64,000 nucleotides of DNA. Source: Corallochytrium limacisporum Hawaii. Lineage: Eukaryota > Protista > Pluriformea. The stretch spans positions 9,484 to 73,483 of the forward strand of contig PDIP01000134.1 in the NCBI GenBank assembly GCA_002811645.1. The letters run 5' to 3'. The translations under genes and the position numbers were made by a program. A model generated the notes under the pieces. It saw only the letters and a list, made by a program, of their open reading frames with translations. It made no database searches and was not told the origin of the DNA. Positions 31,137 to 43,276 of this stretch are shown piece by piece (the stretch's first letter is position 1; each line of letters starts with the position of its first letter).

Positions 31137-32223
31137 CACGCCCCACCCCGCCCTGGGGGGGGGGAGGGTTGGGCCCCTGCTAAACCGTTCCTTGTGTGGG
31201 TTGGGCAATAATGGTCCACTGAGAACACAACACACACACGTACCTGCGTTCCAAGGGTTTCTTAGTCGTACGTACGGGAATCAATGGAAGCCCTTTGTTT
31301 TCCTCCTGACACGTTCTACGAGCGGTGAGGCGGGCACTGAACCAAAGAAAAAGGCCCCCGCGGATAGATTTTGGAATTTTCTATTTTTGGGTCTTGTCTT
31401 TGGTGCGATTCTCGGTATTTTTGACTATGACACTTACCGCCGTTAAGAAAACTCAGTGAGAAGGGGGGTTTCGACGGGAAACACCCCTGAACAAAGTGCC
31501 AACGAGGCATTCAGTTGTGCGACCTTACCTCAAAGTTGAAGCAGTGTGGGCGGTGCTTTTGGGGGCAGAAGAGTGTTGAAGACTGCGACGTGACGTTCAT
31601 GAAAACCAGGACCGGCTCAAGAGATGTTCGGTGCGGTCAGTGAAACCCGTGCCAACTTCCATAGTAACGTTGTATCGCCTCTCTAGATGGCGGCATACCA
31701 GTATAACATGTCGAAAGTTGGCAACAGCAGGAAGATCTGGTCATCAGTAATGGCCCATCAGCGGTCGCTATGTTCGCTGTTTTCCTTTTTACGTACCGCC
31801 TTGTAGGGATGTCATCCAGAGCACCACCCTCTGGGAAGGAGTCCGTGGAGGGGGTCACTTCCCCCCCCCGGGGGGGGGGGCCGGTGGGCTCAGAGGGTGT
31901 GTGCACCTGAAGGAATGAGCTCAGAGTTCCAAACTCCCCCGGGGGGGGGGGACTGTCGGGGTTCGTTGTTATTGTTCGGCTCCGGGACTGCCCGCATCCT
32001 ATTGCAACTCCGGCAGTGCCACTGCGGACGTGGTGTGGTGCTTCAGCGCCTTCGATGACTCTGCCTCCATGTGGCACTTATTTGGAATCTTCAGCAACGT
32101 TAAATATGCCCTTTTGGTCCATATACTACTAAGGGATCTCATGATCCTCCAGTCTGGACTGGTACGAATTTACTTTTCCTGGTTGCTTGAGAGTGCGGTC
32201 CTCTCTGCAGACTGTCTGCGCAG

Positions 32224-32943
32224 ATGGCAGCTCTTCGGAGGACCACGCAACGAAAGCTGCACACAAACTTTCGTAAACTTGGGAGTAATGAGGATGCAAA
32301 AGTTTTACAACGGTTTTTCAAACAGAAAGATGCTCCATCAGACATTTTTCTGGGCATCCGCATGCCGGTGATTCGCAAGTGGGTTTCGCAACACAGCTCA
32401 CTGGCAGAACGGGAATGGTCAAGTTTTATTACGTCAAATTACCATGAGGAACGAATGGCTGGACTTTTGTTGATTGTCAAAGCATTTGAGCGAGAGAAGG
32501 AAGAAATTCACCAGCAGAGGCTTTTCGACCTCTATGTTGCTTATATGCCATACATCAACAATTGGGACCTGGTAGACTGTACGTGTAGGTTCATCGTTGG
32601 TCCCCATCTGCAATCACGAAACCGGTCCATCCTCAACAAATGGGCGGTAGACTCGAGCTTATGGGTGCGGCGCATTGCGATTGTGTCCACACTGCACTTT
32701 ATCATGCGCTGCAAAGACTGCACCTCGAGTTACGAAGTCGCCGAACTGCTCCTGGGTGACAAGGAAGATTTAATTCACAAGGCTACCGGCTGGGTACTAC
32801 GGGAGGCGTGGAAGAAGGAGCCAAAAATTGCAGAACAGTTTCTGCGTACACATAGAGAGCGAATGTCACGCACCACACTGCGATACGCCATTGAGCGTAT
32901 GCCCCCTGAACTCCGAGTATCATACCTGACCGGCAAATTTTGA
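32224..32943 (+). CDS. alkD: DNA alkylation repair glycosylase, AlkD (HEAT-like repeat) family
   Basis: Family motifs AKVLQRFFK, FLGIRMPVIR, HEERMAGL, INNWDLVD, LWVRRIAIV, EDLIHKATGWVLRE, RTTLRYAIERM. Confidence 0.9.
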   Translation: MAALRRTTQRKLHTNFRKLGSNEDAKVLQRFFKQKDAPSDIFLGIRMPVIRKWVSQHSSLAEREWSSFITSNYHEERMAGLLLIVKAFEREKEEIHQQRLFDLYVAYMPYINNWDLVDCTCRFIVGPHLQSRNRSILNKWAVDSSLWVRRIAIVSTLHFIMRCKDCTSSYEVAELLLGDKEDLIHKATGWVLREAWKKEPKIAEQFLRTHRERMSRTTLRYAIERMPPELRVSYLTGKF

Positions 32944-33022
32944 GATCTTCCCATGGTAACAACTTGATAAGTAGAGGGAGCTTTATAATGAATGGTGGAC
33001 TGGTTAAAGTTACCTCCCGGAC

Positions 33023-33205
33023 TCATGTGGGAAGGCACCTCCCCAAGATTGTGGGACAATAGTGTGAGCAGCACTCGTCATCTCCTGCACAGAATTTCCA
33101 ATTCGTTTTGCAGCCTTCGCTGACAATCTGATTGTCGGCATCTTCAGCAGGCGCCGCTAAAGCGAAAGCGGCGCCGATTGTAAGGATAGTCGCAAGAGTA
33201 TGCAT
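33023..33205 (-). CDS. Conotoxin-like knottin prepropeptide (60 aa)
   Basis: Signal MHTLATILTIGAAFALA, short acidic propeptide, mature GCKTNWKFCAGDDECCSHYCPTILGRCLPT = C-x6-C-x5-CC-x3-C-x6-C; upstream box at 33297-33308. Confidence 0.85.
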   Translation of the reverse strand: MHTLATILTIGAAFALAAPAEDADNQIVSEGCKTNWKFCAGDDECCSHYCPTILGRCLPT

Positions 33206-33296
33206 AGTCTTGTCACGAATTCTCCACTGTTCTGCAGGGTTTATTGGATTGGTGACAAGGTTGGTTTCGTGCAGGCTCGTACGTCTCTGGCACTGG

Positions 33297-33308
33297 CTTT
33301 AAGTACCT
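33297..33308 (-). promoter_or_regulatory. TATA-like box AGGTACTTAAAG
   Basis: 92-103 bp upstream of the ATG at 33205. Confidence 0.5.
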
Positions 33309-36300
33309 GGTTTGTGTACATAATGTCGGCGAGACGATGGAATGGGTTAGGTTAAGAGAAGAGGTTGGTTGTCTCTGATGAAGATGATGATGCGGAAGGG
33401 ATTGCTTGCGGATCCAGAGGAATCGCAGAGCGATAACTGAACCTGATCACAGAACGTCACTCATCGACAAACGAACTGCGTGTGGATTGGTTAATACGAG
33501 TTTTCTCTGGCCATAGACACAGAAGGGCCACCGATGTGCCATGTGAAGTGTCCCTGATATCCTACGTAGATATTGTCGAGTGCTGAATATTGTAGACAGA
33601 TACTCCATGTCGGGTAGTTGTCTAGAACACTTTCCGTCGATCAGCAGGCACTTGACTCACCGTTTCGGATCTCGGTATTCACAAACACTGCCGCCACTGA
33701 TTACTGCCGAATCCTTGGCGTGTGATACTCATGGAGACCATGGGTTGCGTAGAACTGAGCATGTGGTCCTTTCCACCGCAGACAGACCGGGAGGGTCCAG
33801 CCAAGACGCAGAGCGTGCGACGTACATAGCCAAGCTCCAGCCATACCCGCCCACCAAAATACATTTTGTACAGAATTCTTTCGGGGTTACTCTCACCCTT
33901 CTTGGACTATTGACCGCAGTGATCGCTACTGTCCGTTTCTCCACTTCCACCCTGGCTGGCTGGCTGGCTGGCTGAGCACGACAAGGGTTTACAAGGAAAA
34001 AAGGGGAGTTGGGGTTGGGTTTTGGTGGGTTGCACAGGGAGGAAGAGGCGGGCGTTTGTTTTGTTGTAATATTAGTACTATCGTATTAGACATTTGTCGG
34101 GGCTTCGCTCTCCTTCCGAATACGGTCGCCAGGGGAGAGTTGGACAATAAGGCGGGGTGACCCGTCCGCATACTGCCTGACAAGGCAGTGCAGAATACGG
34201 AGGAAATTTCTGCGCAACTTCTGCCTGGTTGGACATTCGCCGCATGCTGGCCAGCTAGCTTGATTTTGAGGATGACACTGCCCAACCATCCTGAAAATAC
34301 AATTTGTTGAATATCGGCAGTAGCTATATATGTGACATTTCCTATACACAGAAATCCAACTTTTCACAAGTACAACAATCGCCTGTAGCTGTACGTAGAA
34401 TGCAAAATTCTCAATTGGTTCAGCAAGTAAAATAGTAGATCACAATCTGGCTTGGCATGCTCTCCATCAACTGAAAACAGAGACTGAAATGCTCATAAGT
34501 TAAACAAAACAAAATTTGTGGTTAAGTTTAAATATTCTATAGACTCCATTTCTCAGAGGATAGACGACTCGGATATCTGTGTAGGTCATCAAATCAGCCA
34601 AAATATCAAATTCTGTCAAGATAGATAAGTTAGTGCGACAAAATTCAATTCAATGGGGTGCTGCAGGATAGCATTGAATTTAATCAAATTCATCAATCAA
34701 ACCCTGTCTACAGCCATATAGCGTTTATGGGGGCCTATATCGTACGTCTGTGTAGATCTGGTGCTACCCTACGAGCATATTTACACTCATGCTCTTCGGT
34801 CGGTGACGAGGTAGCTACAATGAAACGTTTTGGGTACGCTATATCTTCTACTAAGAAATATCAGAATCTGACAGCAAGCTGAATTCAGCAGGGAAATTGT
34901 CAATTCCGTCCAATTTTGGTTCTTGCTTTTAAATCTTCAATTGAGTCTTTATACTTCCAATGATTGTCTTCCAATTGTCACTGGGAACTTGCCGTGCCAT
35001 CCGCTCCTCATCAATATACGCACTACTTGTTCCCGCTCCCTAAGTACCTCACAGATCTTCATGGCGGCTGAAGCCGAGATCCGAGAAGATCACGTCCGAA
35101 ATATTTTTGAGTGCGTCCGATAGGGCAATTTGTATGCCCGTTTAATGTCTCACACCATCTTTTGATCGTCAACCACGGCAAACATAAACCACCCTTTTTG
35201 CGCCACAGCGTGCTTCCCCTCCGGCACCACCCCCCGGGGGGGGGGGGGGCCCCCCGGGGGGGGGGGAGGCCCGCGAGACTGCCCACTATGGCAACTCCTC
35301 GACCATTCGTACCTTTTCCAGTGTAATGGTCATTAAGATCCCCTACCGTATCATCTCCTGAGACGTGAAAAGAGGTTAGGGTTTTACATAAGGAGGTTGA
35401 CACGGACCGGAAAAAGAAGGACCGGCTGTGTGCGCCTAGAACGAAGGGGGGGGGGGCTGAAATTGAAGTTCTTCGTAACACATGAAGAGTTGGCATGTCC
35501 TTATCTGAGTATTTGTGTGACTGAAGTGTGCTTCATTGGATGAGTTGTCCTGGTGATGAGAGGATGAATGCCATTGCTGGGACCACCTAGTGAGCGTGTA
35601 TCACCAGCGCGTCCTTCAGGGTCATGCCCATAGCATGTTTCCCCATGGACCATTGCAAATGGTCTTTGGGCATTATGATACTCTGGTGGTTCTTAGCGAA
35701 CTTGTTTCCTGATCTCCAAACGTTGAGGTTTCTTTAGCAAGAACTTAGTCGCGTCCTAAGTACAGCGTTCATTATGCACATGCGATAAGATTTTGTCACC
35801 GACGTCGTCAAGTGTGCAACCCATCGATCGTGAAGAAACTTGAGCGGAACAGAACTTCCCGGTCATCCCCGCCGCTTTGTCCTTTTCTGCTACCACCAAG
35901 AAAAGCACGGCCTCACCCCTTCTCTCCCTGCGCACACCAAGCGCCACAAAATAAGGAGAAGTATTTTTTTGACCAACCCCTCCCCCCCCCCGGCGCGGTT
36001 GGGGGTTGGGTGAGGGTAAAAGATAGGAAGAAGACCGTGCGGGGGGAGGGGGGGGGGTGGTGAACTTTCCGAGATTTTCCGCAGCGGCCGCGCGTTGGAA
36101 CAGACAAATCGCAACGCGGATTTTTTTTTTGGTTGTTTTTGTTTTTGTTTTTGTCTTTTTTTTCCCCCCTCCGGCAGAAATGCAGTACTTACCGTAATTG
36201 GTATATTCAGAGAGGGGCTGACCATTGGAGAGAGAGATGAGGTAAACACCACAGCGAGAACTGTAATTGGAAGAGAGGGGGGGGGGTTTGGGGGGAGAGC

Positions 36301-37414
36301 CGGGGGACAGGGAGGCGGAAAGGGAAGGAATTTCTAAGAGCTTTTTTTTCATTCCGGGCGGGTTTATTAAAGACTGGCGCAACAGAGTCGTTGGGACGGA
36401 GTGCCAAGTGGGGGTAGGGGGGGGATGTCGAGAATGTACTTAACTATCTCACTCACTGTGTGAGAGTGTCTTGCTGATTACTTTTTTGTACTCACCACAG
36501 CTAACTCTTGTTGCGATCCCCATTGAACCCGTTTTGGGACGTCTCCTCTTTCATCGTTTCTTATACCGATGATCTCCCTGTTCATTTCGGCCGGATTCGC
36601 ACCCAAAGCGGAGCCTCATGCTTTAGCTCGAAGCCGATGATCGAAGCGGTTACCCGCGGCACGCCAAGGACGGGGGTATGAAAATATTAGAAATGATGCC
36701 ACCAATCTTTCCTGTTAAAATGGTAATGAAGCCCTCGGGGTTTTTTTTTGGGCCTTTTCACTGGGAAAGGTGCTGGAGTGCCTATTTGTGGAAATACGCT
36801 GGCTGCGGCATCGAAGATGGGCCATGCGATTCTTACACTTTGTACGACAAGGCTTTTACTCTGCCAAAGAGTCACCAGTCACCACCAGTCACATCATTCT
36901 ACCATCGGGATCACGATCCGCGAGTCCTCTTTTTCCGTACATGGTCTCTATCTGCCATCCAGCCCCACACTACCTGCCGGTTTTATCCTTCACGGATGGT
37001 GCCCGTTCTAATGCAACGGGAACGTTCGCAACGGGGACGAACGCTACTGGTCTCTGACCCCAAAGTCCAGACGACTCTTATCCATTTGCAAGAGGGGGGC
37101 CCAAGAATCTGGGTACATGCAAGCCAGTCCCCAATATTTGAGATCAATGTTTAGGTGCGCATCGCTGACCGCCCACCCCGGCCGGCGTGAGGGAGGAGGC
37201 CCCCGCGGGGGGGGGAAAGGTTCCGGGCCTGAATACTGCGCCGCAGCCATGAGTGCCTTGCGGTGTAGCACTGGGATGCCTAGGACATTTGGCGAGTGAT
37301 GATCAGACATCAGAATACAGCAAATTTGGTCTATGTCACTCTCCTATCGGACACCTCAAAATTCTTCCGTATGATCTTCTCGGATCACCGCTCTTGTCAT
37401 TACCAGGAGTGGAC

Positions 37415-37426
37415 AGGTACTAAAGG
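37415..37426 (+). promoter_or_regulatory. TATA-like box AGGTACTAAAGG
   Basis: 80-91 bp upstream of the ATG at 37506; homologous to 40771-40782. Confidence 0.5.
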
Positions 37427-37505
37427 CACTGGAACATACGTGCATGGAAACAGTTGCAGCATGGATGACATATTCAAACTAATTTTGATAGCAAGCTATA
37501 GCAAC

Positions 37506-38069
37506 ATGAAGACTCAAATTAACACTACCCTCAAGATCTGCCTCGTTGGCATTGCCCTGCTGGCCAGTGGCACCCTTGCAGGCCCGACTCCTCAACGGTT
37601 TGGTCAGCCCTGCAATGAAAACGCGCCTGGTGCCTCTGAATGCGGCGAAAATTTGTTCTGTGTTAACTTGTCTCGGTTTGGTGGACCAAATAGGTCAGAG
37701 TGTTGCCAGCCAGGCGGTTTCCAAGAGTGTGATGTGAACAATGATGAATGCTGTCCCGGAACGGAATGTAGACCCACGCCGGACGGTCGAGGACAATGTG
37801 ACTTGAGCAGTGACACGCAGATTCCAACTCCAACTCCCCAGCAGTTTGGTCAGCCTTGTCATGAAGACGCGCCCGGTTCCTCTGTTTGCGCCGAAAATTT
37901 GTTCTGTATTAACTTATCGCGGTTTGGTGGACCAGATAGGTCAGAATGTTGCCAGCCAGGCGGTTTCGGAGGGTGCGACTTAAATAATGATCAGTGCTGT
38001 CCTGGAACGCAGTGTGAGTTGACGACCGGAGGCCGTACTTTGTGTTTCCTTGTCAAGAAAGAGGGCTGA
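37506..38069 (+). CDS. Secreted Cys-rich protein with two tandem 10-Cys (4-Cys + knottin) units; C-terminal domain (to 38227) cut off by a 20-bp insertion
   Basis: Start MKTQINTTLKICLVGIALLASGTLA; unit FGQPC...NLFC...CCQPGGF..CD.NND.CCPGT.C x2; the remainder ELCYRE...CETGLECSATSGPDDGFCVPAN is in another frame and matches paralog 40862. Confidence 0.85.
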   Translation: MKTQINTTLKICLVGIALLASGTLAGPTPQRFGQPCNENAPGASECGENLFCVNLSRFGGPNRSECCQPGGFQECDVNNDECCPGTECRPTPDGRGQCDLSSDTQIPTPTPQQFGQPCHEDAPGSSVCAENLFCINLSRFGGPDRSECCQPGGFGGCDLNNDQCCPGTQCELTTGGRTLCFLVKKEG

Positions 38070-40770
38070 AACACAAGAAAGAGGGCGAACTATGTTACCG
38101 CGAAGATCCTCCATTCCTCCTTGGTTGTGAAACTGGTTTGGAGTGCAGCGCAACTTCCGGCCCCGATGACGGCTTTTGTGTCCCCGCCAACGAATCCGTT
38201 CTGAGCAGGAGTACCTTCGAGGAATGAAAGGCCGACGATAACCTCTGCTGCACCGCCGCAGGCTCTCGTAAGGAATAGACTGGCCCACAAAAGCGGTCTA
38301 CAAAAGTCTACTTACTCATCGGGCGCCAGCATTGGGGGCTTTTCCTGCTTGTCACTGTGATTTGCGCCACTGATGGCATGAACATGCTCCACAGCTGACC
38401 AAAGCAGACTCCCATATCTACATGATACATACCCTTGCATGCAATAAAGACTGCGTTCCTTTCCCCGAACTCCATATGGCCAATCATTTATAAACACAGT
38501 ATCCGTCACCCTTACGTACACTGATCGTAAGACGCTGAATGGCACACGATTGGGTGGACTGGTAGGTGCAGGTGGAGAAGTTGCCTCACGCAGAGACCTC
38601 ATAATGGATAAACAAGGGAGTTGGAAGGGAGTGCCCCTGGTCTCGTGGTCCCGGTCAGCCCCCGTTGGGGTGGCAAAACATGACAGTGGGACGAGATACG
38701 GTGGGTGCCGTTAAAACAAACGTCCTTGTTAAGAGTGCTTGATACACCATATCAATTTGCGTTCCTTTTTGTTCCGTGCCTCCCTCACACATGGTGCATG
38801 TTGCGATCTCTTCATCTTCGGGACAGCCAATATCAGTGTCAGAAGCTGTGAATTTTGATCGGCAGATCGCAAAAAGATTCCGTGTCCCCAGCCCCCAGTT
38901 TCCTGACCGGTTTATTCAATACACATCCTCATACCTTCTCCAGATTCCGGAGGACTGTCAATCTGCCCAGTCGGTAACATGGACAGGCCATGGCCAAGAA
39001 AACCCCGCAGACAGCAAGGCGGGGCGCCACTAACCCAGTGGGTAGAGTCGCCAAGCACACAAACTGAAATAAGCTAAGAAGCCCTAGGCGGAAGAGAAGC
39101 ATTTGCCGGCCAGGAAGATTAAACTCAGGCAGTGGGATCAGATTGCATGTCGGTCTTTGCTACCGTGGTACCACTCACTCGGAATCTGAAAGCGCTGTCA
39201 TGTTCCGCTAATCGTCCCCGAAAGACCAGCCGAGTGGGAATCAAAATAAAAGGCCCCCGAACCCGCTCCTCCCTTCCCTCTCTTCCCCTTTCCTTCCCCC
39301 CTTCGAAACTGTACCCCACGCAGAGGCCGAGTTGAAAAAAAAAAATAGGAGCCACCGAGAGTGCCGTGGCTAGGAAGGAAGACAGTGGGAGCGCGTCCGA
39401 ACGGGGGCCTTTTATTTTGCTGGGCGGCCACACTCGGCGCCCCCGGGGTGGTCCCGCTGCCCAAAGGCACCAGCCCCGTGCGTGGCTGCCAGCGACGGAG
39501 TATGCCGTGGTTTACCATAAAAGTACGAATATTTTTTTTCTTTTTTTTTTTTGGGTTGGAAAAGTAATGGAACTAGCAGGACACCCACCCGCCCAAGAAG
39601 CAGCAAGGGAACACAAAAAGGAAAGAAAAAAAGTATAAAAAGGGTAGGCGAAAAGGAAGGGGCCGGGGGAAAACAGGGACGACGCGGTACGATCCTCTCC
39701 GCGTGGAGGAGGACGGAGGGACACCCCCCCCCAAAAAACAAACTCCACACATTCCAAAGGGTTATAACGCAGTGTACAGACATGGTAGCTACAATGAGAG
39801 GATAACAATAAACAACGAGATAAGGCAATTGGAATGTGTACTGGCAGGGAGATTTTTCCTACTTCATTCTACACAGTGCGTTTACCTTGGGTCTGGTATG
39901 GAACGCAGCGGTTGTAACAAGCTTCCGAGCTCACTAAAGTTGGTAGTTCTGTGACCAAAAGGTGTTGGTTGGTGGAGAAGATGCACAGCCCTGGGAGATT
40001 TAAATTCTTCTGTTAATGTAGGACCAGTGGCAGTACTTGCTGCCATGTTGGAACGACCAGCAAGAAGGTTTCAACATGCTACACCCCGCCCACTGTACGC
40101 TCTTGATGTGACATAATACGAACCCCAGGGGCTTTTGGCATCTTTCAGTGATGATGCTAACGGGCTTTTTATCTCCGAGAGCTGAAGAGGGCCCAATCTT
40201 GTGCAACGCAATGGTCGGCGGGGTACCTGTGATATGTTGGGTACGCGAGCAAGCGGTCCTCTGGAGGTCGTGTCACAGGTCAGCACACAGTACGACTCTC
40301 CTGAAAAGGGTATATGGTATGCGCTTGTGAATTCCTATCTCTGCCCTCGCAGGCAGAGATTTTGGCCATCAGATCAAAACGCCCCTTTGTCCTTTCTGAC
40401 TCGAAGATTGCATCTAGAATAGCCCTGCTATCCAGGCCCTTTGAAATATCTGACGTCACAATTTTGAGCTACAGACCAGGTACAGTATTGAATGCATGAA
40501 ACTGTAGGTATTGCCGGCGACGAACCGCCCATGGCCAACACAGCCGGGATACCTACCGTACAGGTCGAGACTGGGGAAAAGGGGGAGCGCGCTTCCTGGC
40601 ACTGCATGGGAGCTGGTGTAGGGCTAGAAACTCGTGTCATCCGAGAATGAAGATAAGAAGACATGATGAGATATTAAATTGGTAGTATATTATGCTTGTA
40701 TCCGAAACGTTGTAAATGTCGGATATGATCTTTTTCTCGGATCGACTCTTCTGCCGCACGAGAACGTGAC

Positions 40771-40782
40771 AGGTATTTAAGG
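40771..40782 (+). promoter_or_regulatory. TATA-like box AGGTATTTAAGG
   Basis: 80-91 bp upstream of the ATG at 40862. Confidence 0.6.
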
Positions 40783-40861
40783 AGCTGGAACAGACCGGAT
40801 CAGAGGAATTTATACCGGCATGATATGTCCAGAATGTAAAGTTCGAGCAAGCTGAAGAGCC

Positions 40862-41281
40862 ATGAAGATTCAAACGAAGACAACCATTATGGCTGGCCTT
40901 GTTAGCAGTGTCCTACTGGCTAGTGGCACACTTGCGACCCCACCTCCCCGGCAATTTGGCCAGCCTTGTGATCAGGACGTATCTGGACACCGGCAATGCG
41001 ACGTCAATTTGTTCTGTACCAGCGTGCCTCGTAACGGTGGAAAACCCAAGTCGATCTGTTGCCAACCATTCACTTTCTTAGGGTGCGACCTCGACAATTC
41101 TGAGTGCTGTCCGGGAACGGTGTGTGGGTTCTCGAACGGCCAAACTCTGTGCTTTATGCCTGTTGCAGCGGGTGAGACCTGCTTCTCCGAACAACTGGAC
41201 TTCAACATCCCGTGTGAATCTGGTTTCGAATGCAGCGCAACGTCTGGTCCCGTTGACGGTGTGTGTGTCCCCACCAACTAA
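40862..41281 (+). CDS. Secreted Cys-rich protein (14 Cys, knottin-containing), paralog of 37506
   Basis: MKIQTKTTIMAGLVSSVLLASGTLA; FGQPC...NLFC...CCQP...CDLDNSECCPGTVC...C...CESGFECSATSGPVDGVC. Confidence 0.88.
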   Translation: MKIQTKTTIMAGLVSSVLLASGTLATPPPRQFGQPCDQDVSGHRQCDVNLFCTSVPRNGGKPKSICCQPFTFLGCDLDNSECCPGTVCGFSNGQTLCFMPVAAGETCFSEQLDFNIPCESGFECSATSGPVDGVCVPTN

Positions 41282-43228
41282 ACTTGGAGGCTGCTAGTGG
41301 TCTAAGAATTCCAGCATGACGATGACCTCTGCTGCAAATATCTCCCAGGTGGGTTTGTCTGCTGTACAGACCTGACGGTCATGACCTCTTGCGCTGCAGG
41401 TGTCATCAGCATGCCCAACATCTACCATCCAACACCCGAGGGGAAGACTCGGTTGTTATTCTTAAGCCCCTTTGTTGGGCAATAGATTCACCGAAGCTAA
41501 AAAGCTAGTTTGTAGGACTAAAATTGCGAGCTGAGTTTCGGGCAAGATTTTGTTGAGCACCGGATGCACGATCAATAAATCACCAAATTCTTGGAGATTC
41601 AATTCTCCGGTTGTGTATACAAGCTGCCCATGAACCATGGGCCCTAAATCCCCTTTCCCTTATCACAGACTGCTATATGGCCAAATATCGGTGGTCAATA
41701 CACGAACCATGTGTGATGTGACGTATGCCTCAGTGTTTCGGCCCATGCGTAACGCGACAACCACAATTTGATGCTCTCCATGACATCCATGTAATCACGG
41801 CGATGCGGGTGGACAGGGAAGCCCTGTCCACCCACCGAATCCGCCCGCTCGATCCGTCCGTAACGCAGGATATTTTATACGGAAAATTTCCCTGCCCACC
41901 GCAAAATGAGAGGGACTATGGAGAAATACCCCCACCGTAAAAGCCACAAAGGGGAACTAGGTGCAAAAAAAAAAAAAAAAATATCGTTTTAACCTGCCCG
42001 AATGGGGGCCTATTTCTCAGAACCGGAAAAAAATGGCCCCCCGGTTTCGGGTGGGTTTATTATATCTTTGGGAGGTTTTACCGGTATTAGGGTTGGGGGG
42101 AGGAATCCACAGTAAAACGAGAAAGCTAGGGTTTTAGTATAGGGCAAAGGGAGGGGGGGGGCCAAGAAAGTAGAGAGAAGAGAGGGGCCCGCCCAGCCGC
42201 CCTGAGGGAAGGCTGGACCGGGCCACCCCGAAAAAAAAAAGGGGAGGAGGAGGAGGGGGAAAGGGCGGGTGTGTGTGTGTGTGTGTGTGAAAAGAAAGAA
42301 GGAAAACCATAAAAGAATCGTCCGTTGCGTATTGGAGGTCAACGAAGAGTAGAGAGAGAGAGAGAGTAGAGTAGAGTGCGCAGGACAATTTTGCGTGTTT
42401 CTCTTTTTTCTTCGTACGCACTGTCCAAGCGGCTCACCCTCCCCCCCTCCGGCCGGGGGGCTATAGCCACCCACCACCGGGTCCTCTCTGTCCCCCCCCC
42501 CTCCCCGCGGGGTGGTCGCCCCTTTCCTCCCTTTGCCTACCTTTCGTTGTCAGCAAAAAATGAAATCCTTTTCAGAAAAAGGAGGAAACAAAAAGGAGAT
42601 AAAAGTAAAAATGGAAGGGGAAGGAACCAAGGAAAAAGCCCAAGGTTAACGACAAGCGCAGCACCCTTCACGAAAACTCCGAGCGAGCAAATCGACGAGG
42701 GTGTGCCGCCTGGAGGGAGGAGAGGGGGGAAAGAGACAACCGACGAAGAAGCAAAGTAGAAAACATAAGCAAAAAAACAAAAATATAAGAAAGGAACCAA
42801 TAAAAAAACCTCCACACCCCCGCTGCTGCAAAAGCAAAATTGAAAATACCAGGGACCATAGGAAAATACCCACTGGCGATGGAACGAATCGGTGCGGCAG
42901 AGAAAAGAAAAGAAAGAAAGAGCAAAATATTGCCAATGGGTGTGTGGGTTTCCTACCTCGCTCGATTATATAGTAAATGTACACGTAATATGGAGAAGCC
43001 ACTCATACTTCCGCTTTTTCTTCTCCCCAAGGCGTTTCCCCACTTTACTTCGCCTCTTCTCACTCTCTCTTCTCGCTCTTCTCTCTTTGTGGCTTTTTCC
43101 GCCGGTGTTTTATATTTTTTGCCACCCTTTCTTTTCTTTGGTTCTTACAACGCCCGCTAAGCCCCAAGTTTTTTTTTTTCATCTTCGTTTTCTCCAAGCT
43201 TCTTCCAAGCGCTCCCTGACACGCCCGT

Positions 43229-43230
<2 letters not shown>

Positions 43231-43266
<36 letters not shown>

Positions 43267-43276
43267 GCACGCACGC
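43231..43276 (+). repeat. (CA)n/(CACG)n microsatellite; a (GT)n run also at 42269-42289
   Basis: Visible directly in the sequence. Confidence 0.9.

Noticed and set aside
37296-37505. ORF-track N-terminal extensions (also 12819-12968, 28517-28579, 44466, 55598-55636)
   Set aside because: They begin at non-ATG codons and some overlap the TATA-like boxes; paralog alignment or the first ATG fixes the downstream start.
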